IMG/VR virus record: IMGVR_UViG_3300009430_000001
Coordinates: 32,598-96,597 of that record
Length of the DNA: 64,000 bases
Reading direction: 5' to 3' (one strand)
From: a virus
Both the position numbers and the translations under genes were made by a program. The notes under the pieces are model-generated. The model did no database searches. It was not told the DNA's origin and saw only the letters and a program-made list of their open reading frames with translations. How positions within the stretch are numbered: position 1 is the stretch's first letter; each line of letters begins with the position of its first letter. Positions 45,985 to 55,587 of the stretch are shown one piece after another.

Positions 45985-46779
45985 ATGGCTGAGACTTACT
46001 CCAAGATCCTGCCGGGGAACTTTACGGTTCCCCTCAGCGCCTACGCGCTTCCCAACGCCGCCTTCACCGGACCCAAGGGCGATCCCAAGAATCGCCACCA
46101 GCAGGCCGTTCTGGTCATGCCGGGCATCCTCGCGGTGCACAAGGTCGGCGTCGCCCACATCACCGATGGCGGTGGCACCGATTTCGATGTCATCGTCCCT
46201 TCGCCTGACACCGAGCAGTCGCCTCACAAGGCGCGCGCCGACATCCAGGGCCTGTTCGTGCCGACCGGCGCGGTGCTGACCCGGGTTGGCCTGCGCATCA
46301 CCGGTGCCTCCGAGCAGCCGGGCTACTACAGCTCCGGCCGACGCGGCGTCGATCCGGTCTTCGACAAGACGACCGGCCTCGCGCTGCCCGAGGACTCCGG
46401 CCTGGTCGGCACCGCCGGTGATGCACTGATCCTGGCCACCGCCGGCACCGCCACTGGCGCCGGGGCGATCACCGCCACCGCGGCGCACACCTCCGATACC
46501 ACCTGCAAGCTCGGCACCGATGGCCGCATCTTCTCTCACGAGGAATCGGTCAACGCCAATCCGCTGCTCGGTGGCACCGCCACCGTCACCACGGCCGATC
46601 TCACCTTCAAACTGTTCAACACCGACGCGGCTGGCGGCCCCGGGACCGGCATCAAGTCCGACATCCTCGGTGGCGTCTACGTCATCGCGGAGGTCGTCTA
46701 CCTGATCGCTGATCGCGTCGCCGGCATGGGCGATGGGATCAAGCTTTCGGGAGGAGAGTACAGTGGCTTCGGTGGCTGA
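45985..46779 (+). CDS. putative capsid decoration/minor capsid protein
   Basis: Beta-rich Gly/Thr/Ala protein directly after the capsid gene and before a terminator; strong codon bias. Confidence 0.65.
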   Translation: MAETYSKILPGNFTVPLSAYALPNAAFTGPKGDPKNRHQQAVLVMPGILAVHKVGVAHITDGGGTDFDVIVPSPDTEQSPHKARADIQGLFVPTGAVLTRVGLRITGASEQPGYYSSGRRGVDPVFDKTTGLALPEDSGLVGTAGDALILATAGTATGAGAITATAAHTSDTTCKLGTDGRIFSHEESVNANPLLGGTATVTTADLTFKLFNTDAAGGPGTGIKSDILGGVYVIAEVVYLIADRVAGMGDGIKLSGGEYSGFGG

Positions 46780-46854
46780 TCTGTCGTAGAGTTCACGGGT
46801 CTCCACTCGGCAACGGCGCTGAGTGCGGGAATCCGGGTGAACTATGGGTTACTG

Positions 46855-46875
46855 GGGGCCTCCGGGCCCCTTTTT
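46855..46875 (+). terminator. intrinsic terminator
   Basis: GGGGCC-TCCG-GGCCCC-TTTTT. Confidence 0.85.
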
Positions 46876-46923
46876 CATGGCGGCTTGCATCGCGTACACT
46901 GAGCGTGCTATCACGCGCGCGCG

Positions 46924-47364
46924 ATGACTCAGGTTTACCAGGATCGCCGCACCGGCAAGCGCGTTCGCATTGTCGGTGGCATGAGCGACAAGGAAGATTT
47001 TGTTCTCGTTACCACGGACGGCCAGGCTCCCTTCTACTGCCAGGTCGATCAATTGATGAAGATTGATGAAGCTGGGGTTCCCGATTTCGCCAGCGTCGCC
47101 AGGCCTCGCATTGAAGAGGTCGAGGAGAAGGCGCCGGACCCCGTGATTCCGATCCCCGAGACGCGGCTCAATCTCAACGTCGCCACGCCGGAGGAGATCA
47201 GCAAGCGCATCCCCGGCGTCGGGTATCGCATCGCCAAGCGCATCGTCGATGCACGCCTGGCATTGCCGGGTGAGCGGTTCACGACGCTGGATCAGGTGAC
47301 CGCGGTCTCGAGCCGCGTCAACTGGGAAGAGGTGCAGCGCGCCAACCTGATGTTCATCGGTTGA
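46924..47364 (+). CDS. helix-hairpin-helix (ComEA-like) DNA-binding protein
   Basis: RLNLNVATPEEI..IPGVG..IAKRIV.AR...F..LDQV; TACACTG at 46895. Confidence 0.8.
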   Translation: MTQVYQDRRTGKRVRIVGGMSDKEDFVLVTTDGQAPFYCQVDQLMKIDEAGVPDFASVARPRIEEVEEKAPDPVIPIPETRLNLNVATPEEISKRIPGVGYRIAKRIVDARLALPGERFTTLDQVTAVSSRVNWEEVQRANLMFIG

Positions 47365-47368
47365 AGCC

Positions 47369-47863
47369 ATGCGACTAAGTGATTACGACATTGATCGTGC
47401 CGCTTTCCATTTGGGCATGAATCCTGGCTCAATGGTGCCCGCTGGTGATATGGCTCGTTTTTATGAAGCGGTTAATCGAATTGCGAGTACGCATTGGTAT
47501 AATCGCGTGATTGGTCAGCTTGATCGTTGCGATCGAGCCTATGATGCGTCAGAAGTGTTGAGCGAGGTAGCCACCGAAGGGGCTATTGCACCAAGTCGTC
47601 AGCAACAAATCTGGGGAGACACGAATAGAACGATTAGCATTTCAGATCCATTAAGCGCCGATAATCAGTACTGGGAAATTTATTTGCGAGAGGGGGACAG
47701 GCTTGCTGAGACGCTGTATGTTGCCAATTATCGAAGGCCGGACGTACGCCGCTATGCGTTTGAACGTGCCGGCTCTGAATTTATTAATTGCATTCCGGGG
47801 CCCGCGGACACGAGTGTGGCCATGCGCGTGCTCTGTTCGATTGGTGGTCTAGGGATTCGCTGA
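47369..47863 (+). CDS. putative head completion/adaptor protein
   Basis: 164 aa helical protein downstream of the capsid genes (positional inference). Confidence 0.45.
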   Translation: MRLSDYDIDRAAFHLGMNPGSMVPAGDMARFYEAVNRIASTHWYNRVIGQLDRCDRAYDASEVLSEVATEGAIAPSRQQQIWGDTNRTISISDPLSADNQYWEIYLREGDRLAETLYVANYRRPDVRRYAFERAGSEFINCIPGPADTSVAMRVLCSIGGLGIR

Positions 47864-47894
47864 GTACCCTGAGCGCAGATTGCGTGCACGTTGA

Positions 47895-48977
47895 ATGGCT
47901 GGCTCTGCCATCGGGGATCCCTGGGTCAGTGAGATTTTGCGCAGGCAGGGCGCCACGCCCGGCAATCCAGCCAGCGCGCCACCGACCGAGCTCATGCAGG
48001 CCTTTGCCGGTGTTGGGAAAACACCGAAGCCCGACGCAGCGCCGCCGAGCAATCCCTACCCCCGGGGCCTGCTCGATGCCGTGCGCGGCGATGTCACTGC
48101 TGCTCTGGCCCAACCGGCGCCGACCGCTCCCGCCGCGCCACCGCCGGCCACCACCGCACCAGCCGAGGGGCTGACCGCTGCGATGCAGCCGACGGGCATC
48201 AGCCCCGTGGCGCCTGGCGTGAGCGCACCACCCGGGGTGGGCCAGCAGAGCTTCCCGGGCGCCTTCGAGCCGGCCGGCGCTTCGCCCGGGTCGGCCGAGC
48301 CGCCGAAGCCGGCGATGGCTCCTTCCGATGCGGCGCCGATCGATCGCCTCAAGAAGGCACTCGAGGGCCTGACGCGCGAGGAAGCCGGCGGCGGGTCGCT
48401 GTCCCGCGAGGACCAGATCAGCGCTGCCTGGAACAGCACCGATGATTCGATGGCCGCCACGCGCAAGGTGCGGGGCCTGCGCGATCAGTTCGCCAAGGAG
48501 GACGAGGCCAATGCCTCGGGCGGCCTGGCCGGCATCAACGCGCGCTTCGCCGAACCCACGTCGCCGAACGCTGATCCCCTGCCTTCGTTCACCGAGGCGG
48601 CACGCGAAGGCACGGGCCTCGATCCGACGAAGTTCAAGCTGACGCCGGAGATCGTCAATGGCTTCCTGCAGAGCGATACGTTCAAGAAGTCGCTGAACCG
48701 GGACTTCACCGGCGTCAACAGTGATGCCGTCAACCTGCAGCTGCGCGATGATCCGGATCTGAGCGAGCGGCTCAGCTCCTACGCGGCGCTGGGCCAGACG
48801 GCGCCACGCAAGCCCGAGGAGCAGCTGCTCAATCCGAACCTGTTCAGCTCGCAGGGCGCCTTCGGCAACACGCTCAACCTGGGCTTCTTCGAAGAGGGCA
48901 TGCTGCCGCCACTGGGTTCCGGGATCCGGGTGAGCACGCCGTCGGAGTTCAAGAGCGCATTCCTGCCAGGAGCCTGA
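47895..48977 (+). CDS. Pro/Ala-rich late protein
   Basis: 360 aa; TACCCTG at 47865. Confidence 0.7.
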   Translation: MAGSAIGDPWVSEILRRQGATPGNPASAPPTELMQAFAGVGKTPKPDAAPPSNPYPRGLLDAVRGDVTAALAQPAPTAPAAPPPATTAPAEGLTAAMQPTGISPVAPGVSAPPGVGQQSFPGAFEPAGASPGSAEPPKPAMAPSDAAPIDRLKKALEGLTREEAGGGSLSREDQISAAWNSTDDSMAATRKVRGLRDQFAKEDEANASGGLAGINARFAEPTSPNADPLPSFTEAAREGTGLDPTKFKLTPEIVNGFLQSDTFKKSLNRDFTGVNSDAVNLQLRDDPDLSERLSSYAALGQTAPRKPEEQLLNPNLFSSQGAFGNTLNLGFFEEGMLPPLGSGIRVSTPSEFKSAFLPGA

Positions 48978-48978
48978 G

Positions 48979-49536
48979 ATGAAACCAGAGCGCAAGGGAC
49001 CCTACCGCGAGAAGCAGTACCCCGGCCGCGGAACAGGCGCCTGGGTTGAAAACCCGCGCGAGATTCAACGGGCCAACACCGCTTACTTCGGCGGGCACAA
49101 CAATCCGCGCAACACCGACAGTCATCTGATCGAGATGACGCGCGACAATGGGCAGATCTACAGCAACAGCTACGGCGATGGTCGCGGACCGATGGCGCCG
49201 GTGCCGTTTGTCGAGACGCGGCCGATCCCGGAGAACATGCGCCTGGTGCAGCAGCCGCCGGATGCAATGAACGACGGGCTCGAGCGGCCGATGGGCTTCC
49301 CGGGCACGCTGCCGGCCAATGCTGGCCCGTCGCCGATCAGTGGTCCGCCCAATGAGGTGGCGATGGCGCCAGGCCTGCCGGGCGAGCAGACCGAGCGGGG
49401 GCAGATGCTGCGCACCGGCCGGCCGGGACAGATGCCGCTGGCGCCGGTGAGCCCGGTCGATCTCGAGGAGCTGGCGAAGTTCGGGCTGCCGCCGAATGCG
49501 ATGCCCGGCGCCGTACCCTCGCGGAAGAAGGGTTGA
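48979..49536 (+). CDS. Pro/Gly/Met-rich late protein
   Basis: 185 aa, adjacent in operon. Confidence 0.65.
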   Translation: MKPERKGPYREKQYPGRGTGAWVENPREIQRANTAYFGGHNNPRNTDSHLIEMTRDNGQIYSNSYGDGRGPMAPVPFVETRPIPENMRLVQQPPDAMNDGLERPMGFPGTLPANAGPSPISGPPNEVAMAPGLPGEQTERGQMLRTGRPGQMPLAPVSPVDLEELAKFGLPPNAMPGAVPSRKKG

Positions 49537-49539
49537 GCC

Positions 49540-50304
49540 ATGGCGTACCAGGACACCAAGCGGCGCATTGATCCGCAGAATTTCCTTCAAAGCAGCATTG
49601 CGCATTACGGCGAGTACAGTCGTTTGCACAACGCTGGCATCAAGGTCGGCAGACAGGCCGAAGAGGCGCTGCGGCTTCGCTACAATGATCCCAGCAAGAT
49701 GACGGCTCAGCAGATGGAGCTGTCAGATCCGCTGAACATTCGTGCCGCGGTTGACACACACAAACAGGGCGGCAACATCAATACCTACAACAGCACCAAT
49801 GACCTGGAGAAATCGTACGATCGCATTCTCAGCGGCGGCAAGCAGGAATCAGGCGGCAGTGACACGCTGGGATTGAGCCAAGAGGATTTCGATCACTATT
49901 CATCGTTGGCTCGCGACATGGGCCTCAACAAAGGCGGTGGAGCCCTGAGCGCGAATGATTTGCGCCAGGTGCGCGAACGCGAAGCCGCGAAAGCGCCACC
50001 GGCCAGTCCTGCGCCTGCGGAGGCTCCAGCTGCGCCGCCGCCCACGGAGTATGAGCGTGATCAGATCGCCAGACAGGAGACGGGCAATCCGTGGGCCAAC
50101 AGGTTCAGCGGCCATTCATCGCAAACTGCTGAGCCCGACTGGTATGACGTGATCACGGACAAGACCAATCAAGCAGCGATGGGCATGTATGGGCAGATTG
50201 GCGATGATCTGCGCTCTGATTATACGATGATGGCGGATCGCTCCAAGACGACTGAGAAAGACAGCCGCAGCTACCTCAAGCAGTACATCAACCAGCTGAT
50301 GTGA
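49540..50304 (+). CDS. hypothetical late protein
   Basis: 254 aa in operon. Confidence 0.7.
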   Translation: MAYQDTKRRIDPQNFLQSSIAHYGEYSRLHNAGIKVGRQAEEALRLRYNDPSKMTAQQMELSDPLNIRAAVDTHKQGGNINTYNSTNDLEKSYDRILSGGKQESGGSDTLGLSQEDFDHYSSLARDMGLNKGGGALSANDLRQVREREAAKAPPASPAPAEAPAAPPPTEYERDQIARQETGNPWANRFSGHSSQTAEPDWYDVITDKTNQAAMGMYGQIGDDLRSDYTMMADRSKTTEKDSRSYLKQYINQLM

Positions 50305-50307
50305 TTC

Positions 50308-50844
50308 ATGGCCACAACCTCTTCAAACAAGCAGCCCCTGCTGATCGATCGGCCGCTTCACGTCGTCGCTCGGCTGGATCAGACCAGCCAGCCCGCAGGA
50401 TCCGTTGATCCCGGCACCGGGACGAATGGCGTGCTACTGGTCGACTGCACGGGCACAAGTGATGGCGCGTTTCTCGACACGATCTTCCTGATTCAGCGTG
50501 TCAGCGATGATGAGTCGATCGTCAATCTGTTCTTCTCAGAGAGCAATGGCATGCTTGGCGTGGTGACAACCGGCGGGCAGGCGAATGCCTGGTTCATCAA
50601 CACCTGCAAGTTCCCGGCCACCACGCCGGTGGGGCAGCATGTCGAGTTCGAGCTGCCACACGTGCTCTCGCCGATCCCCCATGCCGGCGCCAACCTGGCA
50701 CTGCAGGGGCGCAGCGGCGTCTCTGAGCCGCCACGCTATCGAGGCCTTTATGTGCCAAGAGGCAAGGCGTTGTGGGCGGCGGTGTTTCACCCGGCGCCCG
50801 TGCCTCATGCACCCAACATCGCTTGCCAGGGAGGCTGGTACTGA
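50308..50844 (+). CDS. putative structural beta-rich protein
   Basis: TSSNKQPLLIDRP...RGLYVPRGKALWAA...QGGWY. Confidence 0.7.
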   Translation: MATTSSNKQPLLIDRPLHVVARLDQTSQPAGSVDPGTGTNGVLLVDCTGTSDGAFLDTIFLIQRVSDDESIVNLFFSESNGMLGVVTTGGQANAWFINTCKFPATTPVGQHVEFELPHVLSPIPHAGANLALQGRSGVSEPPRYRGLYVPRGKALWAAVFHPAPVPHAPNIACQGGWY

Positions 50845-51842
50845 TGGCCACGCTTGCTCAACAGCGCGCGCAGACATTTCAGCAGCGCAATCCCTACCAG
50901 AACGTCAACGATCCGTATCACGTTCCTGGTTACATTCCGCCGAATACGCAAGGCGGTTACAACGGTCCGGTCTATGGTTCGGCGGCTGGCACGTACCTGC
51001 CGTACAGCAACAAGGCCACCTACGACCCGTACCAGGAGCTCGGCGCTGCCGCGGAGAATCCCGACTACTACGCGGCCACCGGTGGCGCCATGCAGCCTGG
51101 CGGCTCGAGGGTCAGCGGTGGCTCCGATGGGTCGAGCTTCTCGAATGGCAGCCAGCCCTCGGGCTCCAGTGGCAACCAGTCGAAGTCCGGTGAAGACGGC
51201 TCGAAATCTGGCGGCTCGCAGGTGCCCGCCGGTTACGAGCCGAACATCCTGGGTGCGCAGTGGAACCCGGCGCCAGGCGGCGGGTATGTGCAGCGCAGCA
51301 ACGGGGCGGTGATCACCAGCGCTGGCGATGGCGGGACATTCGATGCGTACAACCCGGGGCGTTTCAAGGGCCAGGGAAATGTGGATCCACGTCAGGGCGC
51401 TTCTGCCGGAAGCGGCTATTCGGGCTTTGGCCAGGACAAGTACGTCGGCAGTGAACAGTTCTATTCGAGTGATGCGATCGCCTATCGCACCAGCAGCGGG
51501 ACGACTGCCGCGGATCGCACCTACAACATGGAGGGCACGGCGCCGCGCAAGCAGATCGACAGATCCCTGAGCTACGAGGGCACAAGCCCCGATGCTTACA
51601 ACGGCGGTGGCGGCGATCGTGCGGCCGGGCGTCAGGAGTGGGGCTTCATGGATGAGAACGACGCCAGCACGCATCAGCGTGGCTCGGCGCCGGGCTACCG
51701 GCAGGACTACGGCCGCTACGCGGCGCAGCCGGCACCTGGGAGTGGCGGCTCGGGCGCTCCGGGTCGCCCGGGTGGGCCCACCCATCGCCGGCCAACGGGT
51801 CAGCGCCTGGCTGGCGAGGCGCTCCGCAGCCTCGGGGTCTGA
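50844..51842 (+). CDS. Gly/Ser/Tyr-rich low-complexity late protein
   Basis: ATG 50844, TGATG-coupled; C-terminal RLAGEALR. Confidence 0.7.
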   Translation: MATLAQQRAQTFQQRNPYQNVNDPYHVPGYIPPNTQGGYNGPVYGSAAGTYLPYSNKATYDPYQELGAAAENPDYYAATGGAMQPGGSRVSGGSDGSSFSNGSQPSGSSGNQSKSGEDGSKSGGSQVPAGYEPNILGAQWNPAPGGGYVQRSNGAVITSAGDGGTFDAYNPGRFKGQGNVDPRQGASAGSGYSGFGQDKYVGSEQFYSSDAIAYRTSSGTTAADRTYNMEGTAPRKQIDRSLSYEGTSPDAYNGGGGDRAAGRQEWGFMDENDASTHQRGSAPGYRQDYGRYAAQPAPGSGGSGAPGRPGGPTHRRPTGQRLAGEALRSLGV

Positions 51843-53359
51843 TGCCTCGCTCGTTCGGTCCGGGCCTTTCGCCGCGCGCGAACTTCGGCGGCCAGGGGTT
51901 GAGCAGCGGCATCGGCCGGGGTGCCGCTTTCCACAGGGGCCGGCCGGATCCCGGCGGCGTTTTCCCCAGGAAGGGCAAGGGCTGGGGAATTCAGGGCGAG
52001 GCGGCATTCCCCGATCTGCTCACCTACTGGGACAAGGTGACGCAGTGGCAGTCGTGGCGGCGCGGCATGAACCTGGCGTTCGGGGCCAGCTATGGCCAGA
52101 CGGTGGCTGCCGATGGCGTCGAGGTGCTGATCCGCCCGGCCTTCAAGCCTGACCACGGCTTCGTGCAGCGTGAGGTGGTGATGCTGCGCTTCGCGAGTTC
52201 GAGCTCGCCGGTGGGCTCCTGGGCGGTGACGGTCAAGCCGCGGGGGTTCAACACGGCGCCGCTGCCGCTGCTGACGATGATGCAGCGCCACGAGACACGC
52301 ACGCACGCAACCACCGGTGGGCAGCTGCCGGTGCTCGTGGTCGATGGCGGCCTCGGCTGGCAGACGACGCTGGAGGCCACCAGCTCGCTGGTCGGCGAGC
52401 TCGTCACCGACAGCTGCGCAGGCCTGGGGAATCTGCTGCAGCCGGAGGATGGGATCGCCCTGCTCTGCCTGCAGGTGGATCCCGGCACCGGGCAGATGGT
52501 CTTCGATGCCAGCCGCTACTGGCGCTACGAGGTGAACGGGCGGGGGGCGCGCGTGCTGATCGAGCACAGCGTTGGCCCGGGCGATTCGGCGCCGCAGTTC
52601 CAGGTCGGCCGGCACCTGACGCAGGCGCTGACGCTCTCCTGCAACTGCCCGAGTCACCTGGGGGTCGAGCATGCCCGGCTGCGGGATGTGCGCATCGGCA
52701 CGCAGGACGTGTTTCCGCAGCAGGGCGGTCAGGAGATCTTCCCCAACAAGGCGAGCCATGACATGGCGGAAGGTGTCAAGCGACGCTTTGGACAGCTGGA
52801 ATGGGCGCGGATCCCGGGGCATGAATGCAAGCACTGCTACGCGGCGCGATTCTTGCTACGTGCGCCATTGCCCGAGCCAAGTGACATGCTCTCTCCTGCT
52901 TCGGATTACTGGCAGACGGGACGCGGATTCGATCGTCTCGAGGGCATGCCGGATGTGTTCGATGAACGGCGGATGATGTTGGAGGCGGAGCGCTCGATGC
53001 TGTTGCGCAATGAGTGGGAGGAGATTGATCAGACGTTGCTGGCTGCCAGTGTCGGCGATGCGCTGACGGTGCTGCCGGTGCGCATCAGCCATGATCCGCC
53101 GATCGCGGAAGAGCAGCTGCCGATGGCGGATGTGATGATGCGGCAGTGCTTCCGCATGGCCGGCAATCCACCGCGCTTCAACGAGATGCATTTCAGCCGG
53201 AGACCCGAGGAGGACGACGACGCGATTCGCGGGGACTGGTGGGTGGGCCGCGGCACCAACACCCAGGTGCGCACCTACGACGGCGTCCATCACGTTCTCG
53301 ATGAGCCAGCAATGCGGCCGCTGCGCCGCGCGGCCACCCTGAGCGAAGTGGTGGTCTGA
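51842..53359 (+). CDS. SWIM-type zinc-finger protein
   Basis: LSCNCPSH...ECKHCYA (CxC...CxH). Confidence 0.7.
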   Translation: MPRSFGPGLSPRANFGGQGLSSGIGRGAAFHRGRPDPGGVFPRKGKGWGIQGEAAFPDLLTYWDKVTQWQSWRRGMNLAFGASYGQTVAADGVEVLIRPAFKPDHGFVQREVVMLRFASSSSPVGSWAVTVKPRGFNTAPLPLLTMMQRHETRTHATTGGQLPVLVVDGGLGWQTTLEATSSLVGELVTDSCAGLGNLLQPEDGIALLCLQVDPGTGQMVFDASRYWRYEVNGRGARVLIEHSVGPGDSAPQFQVGRHLTQALTLSCNCPSHLGVEHARLRDVRIGTQDVFPQQGGQEIFPNKASHDMAEGVKRRFGQLEWARIPGHECKHCYAARFLLRAPLPEPSDMLSPASDYWQTGRGFDRLEGMPDVFDERRMMLEAERSMLLRNEWEEIDQTLLAASVGDALTVLPVRISHDPPIAEEQLPMADVMMRQCFRMAGNPPRFNEMHFSRRPEEDDDAIRGDWWVGRGTNTQVRTYDGVHHVLDEPAMRPLRRAATLSEVVV

Positions 53360-53361
53360 GC

Positions 53362-54477
53362 ATGGCCCTGTCGGTTCGCGAGCCGCCGCGCAAGACCGGT
53401 GATCACGGCACGCTCCTGAAGCCCAACCCGGTCGGCCTGGAAGTGGACGGGCTGACCCGGCTGCGGACGCGGCTGGGCTACGAGGCGATCCCCAGCAGCG
53501 ACTTCTGGTGCTTCACGGTGAATCGTGACACCGAGCTGCGGGTGGATCGGGTCAGTGACGACATCTACGCCGTGCATGTCGGCGTGGCTCTGATCGACCA
53601 GCACAACATGCGCGTGGCGCCGCTGGTGCAGACGCAGGACGGCCACGGCGATTGGGTGCGGATCAAGCCCGGGTACTACAAGATCGTCGCCAGTCTCGGC
53701 ATGCCCGAGGAGGTGGCGGTGGAGCTGCAGGTGCAGGCCCGCCATCCGCGCGTGCCGCTCTGGGGCATCGGGATCGAGATGGCGCCCGGGACGGCCCGGC
53801 TGTTCCTGCCGCGCGCCCGGGCGATCGCCTGGGTCGGCTTTGGGGCCAGCGCGTTCATGAATCACGAGCGGCCGGGCAGCCGCGGCACGGCATTTGCGCT
53901 CCTGCAGTGCTGCGGCTGGGCGACGATGCGATCGGCTGCAGCCAGATCGACGGCGATCGGCACCGAGGCGGCGCCGGGGATCGCCAGGCTTTCATCGCCC
54001 AGCAAGGCTCGGCTCGACATCTACGCGCTCGGCCTGGCCCGCCTGCGCACCGTGCACCCGAAGGCGGTCGGCACCGAGGCAGCGCCAGGCATCGCTCATC
54101 TGCGCGGCAGCCTGGTGGCACTCGGCGTCGAGGACGCCCCGGGCATTGCGCACATGGGCGTGCAGAGCGGCGGCAGGCTCCGAGGCATCGGCATCGAGAT
54201 GGCGCCAGGGCTGGCGAGGCTGGCGGTGCCGGCGCGGGCGATTGGGGTGGAGCCGGCCCAGGGCCTGGCGCATCTCAATGCTGACCTCGGCTCGAGCGCT
54301 CCGGCTCTCGCGGCGCTGCGCTACTCGCCGTTGTGGGATGGCCGCCTGCGCGGCATCAGCAGCACGGTGCTGCTGGCCGCCGCGACGATGCGTGATCCAT
54401 CGATCAGCCGGCCGCCACCACAGCGTCCGCCAGAGCAGGGGTGTGCTTACGATCCACCACCGCGGTTCGTACCCTGA
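53362..54477 (+). CDS. putative tail protein with six 11-aa repeats
   Basis: G[ITV]E.A[PQ]G.A[RH][LM] x6. Confidence 0.65.
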   Translation: MALSVREPPRKTGDHGTLLKPNPVGLEVDGLTRLRTRLGYEAIPSSDFWCFTVNRDTELRVDRVSDDIYAVHVGVALIDQHNMRVAPLVQTQDGHGDWVRIKPGYYKIVASLGMPEEVAVELQVQARHPRVPLWGIGIEMAPGTARLFLPRARAIAWVGFGASAFMNHERPGSRGTAFALLQCCGWATMRSAAARSTAIGTEAAPGIARLSSPSKARLDIYALGLARLRTVHPKAVGTEAAPGIAHLRGSLVALGVEDAPGIAHMGVQSGGRLRGIGIEMAPGLARLAVPARAIGVEPAQGLAHLNADLGSSAPALAALRYSPLWDGRLRGISSTVLLAAATMRDPSISRPPPQRPPEQGCAYDPPPRFVP

Positions 54478-54497
54478 AGCCACTCGGGTGATCATTC

Positions 54498-54953
54498 ATG
54501 GCGTTCGCGCAGGCTGTTGCTGATCCGCTGCTGAGCTGGATTCTCGGCACGCCGATGCCAGCACCGCCGACGATGCTCGCGATGTCACTGCACACGCAGA
54601 GCGGCGTCAGCGCGGCCAACGAGGTGAGCGGTCAGGTGGGCGGGCGTAAGCAGGTTGACCCCGCCTGGTTCTCGTCGCCGCGACCGGCGACCGGCGTCGA
54701 TGCGCGTGAGATCGCCAACGTGCAGGCGATCGTCTTCGGGAACGCGCAGACAGCGTTGTCGATCACGAGCTGGGGCCTGTGGAGCGGACTCACTGGTGGC
54801 ACTTTATTATTCGCCGGTGATGTAATTCCCGACATTCAGCTGCGTGCTGGTGATCCTGCGATTTTCTCGCCGGGAGATGTGATCATTCGCATCGGCCAGG
54901 CGATTCTGCCAGGCGCCATCACGCCAAGCCCGACGCCAATCCTGGTTCCTTGA
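54498..54953 (+). CDS. tail-associated protein
   Basis: N..AIVF......ITSWGLWSGLTGGTLLFAG...GD...F..G pattern common in tail/baseplate proteins; TACCCTG at 54470. Confidence 0.7.
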   Translation: MAFAQAVADPLLSWILGTPMPAPPTMLAMSLHTQSGVSAANEVSGQVGGRKQVDPAWFSSPRPATGVDAREIANVQAIVFGNAQTALSITSWGLWSGLTGGTLLFAGDVIPDIQLRAGDPAIFSPGDVIIRIGQAILPGAITPSPTPILVP

Positions 54954-54954
54954 G

Positions 54955-55506
54955 ATGGCGACGCTCCCCGGCACCACCACGCCGACCTGGGCGTACATCA
55001 CCGAGCACGGCTACAACTTCGGCAGCATCCTCCGCGCACTGAAGGTCATCCTGCTCACCATCAACCCCACAGGCACGTTGACAAAGGAGTACCCGCCCAA
55101 CTTCCAAGGCATCACCTAAGCGCTGGCCGATGTCGCCGAGATGCTGCAAGGGCATCTGGCGAGGAGTGCGATCTGGCCTCCGCCGAGCGGTGCCCCCGCG
55201 GCGCCAGGCAGTGGGCCCAATCAGCTGGCCGAGGGCAGCTTGTGGTGGAGTTCCGTGATGGGGCGGCTGTTCATCAAGGCTGATGGGCAGTGGTGGCAAA
55301 CCAACGGAGCTGAATCGCTCTGTCACGTCGGGCCGTTTCCACCGCAGGATGCCAGCGGGCAGTTCCTCGAGCAGCAGGGGCGGACATGGTTCAGGACCAC
55401 AGACGCCCGGAACTTCATCTATGTGGATGAGCCGGCTGCGCAGGGAGAGCCTGGCTGGTATCAGAACACAGTGGATACGGACTTCGAGTTGGCTCAGGGC
55501 CCCTGA
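54955..55506 (+). pseudogene. tail-associated gene interrupted by an in-frame TAA (55117-55119)
   Basis: ATG 54955 reads ...EYPPNFQGIT*ALADVAEMLQG..., in frame with ORF 55141..55506. Confidence 0.6.
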
Positions 55507-55587
55507 GCGTGAACTACAGTTGAGGCGCAGCTGAACGGAGCGGGAACTCCGCCCGTACCCTGACGGCAGCAGCTGCAGCCGTGCCCG

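Noticed and set aside
35796-53828. HIP1 octamer GCGATCGC as proof of a cyanobacterial host
   Set aside because: Only about five copies were noticed (35796, 40097, 44937, 51474, 53821), too close to chance for this GC content
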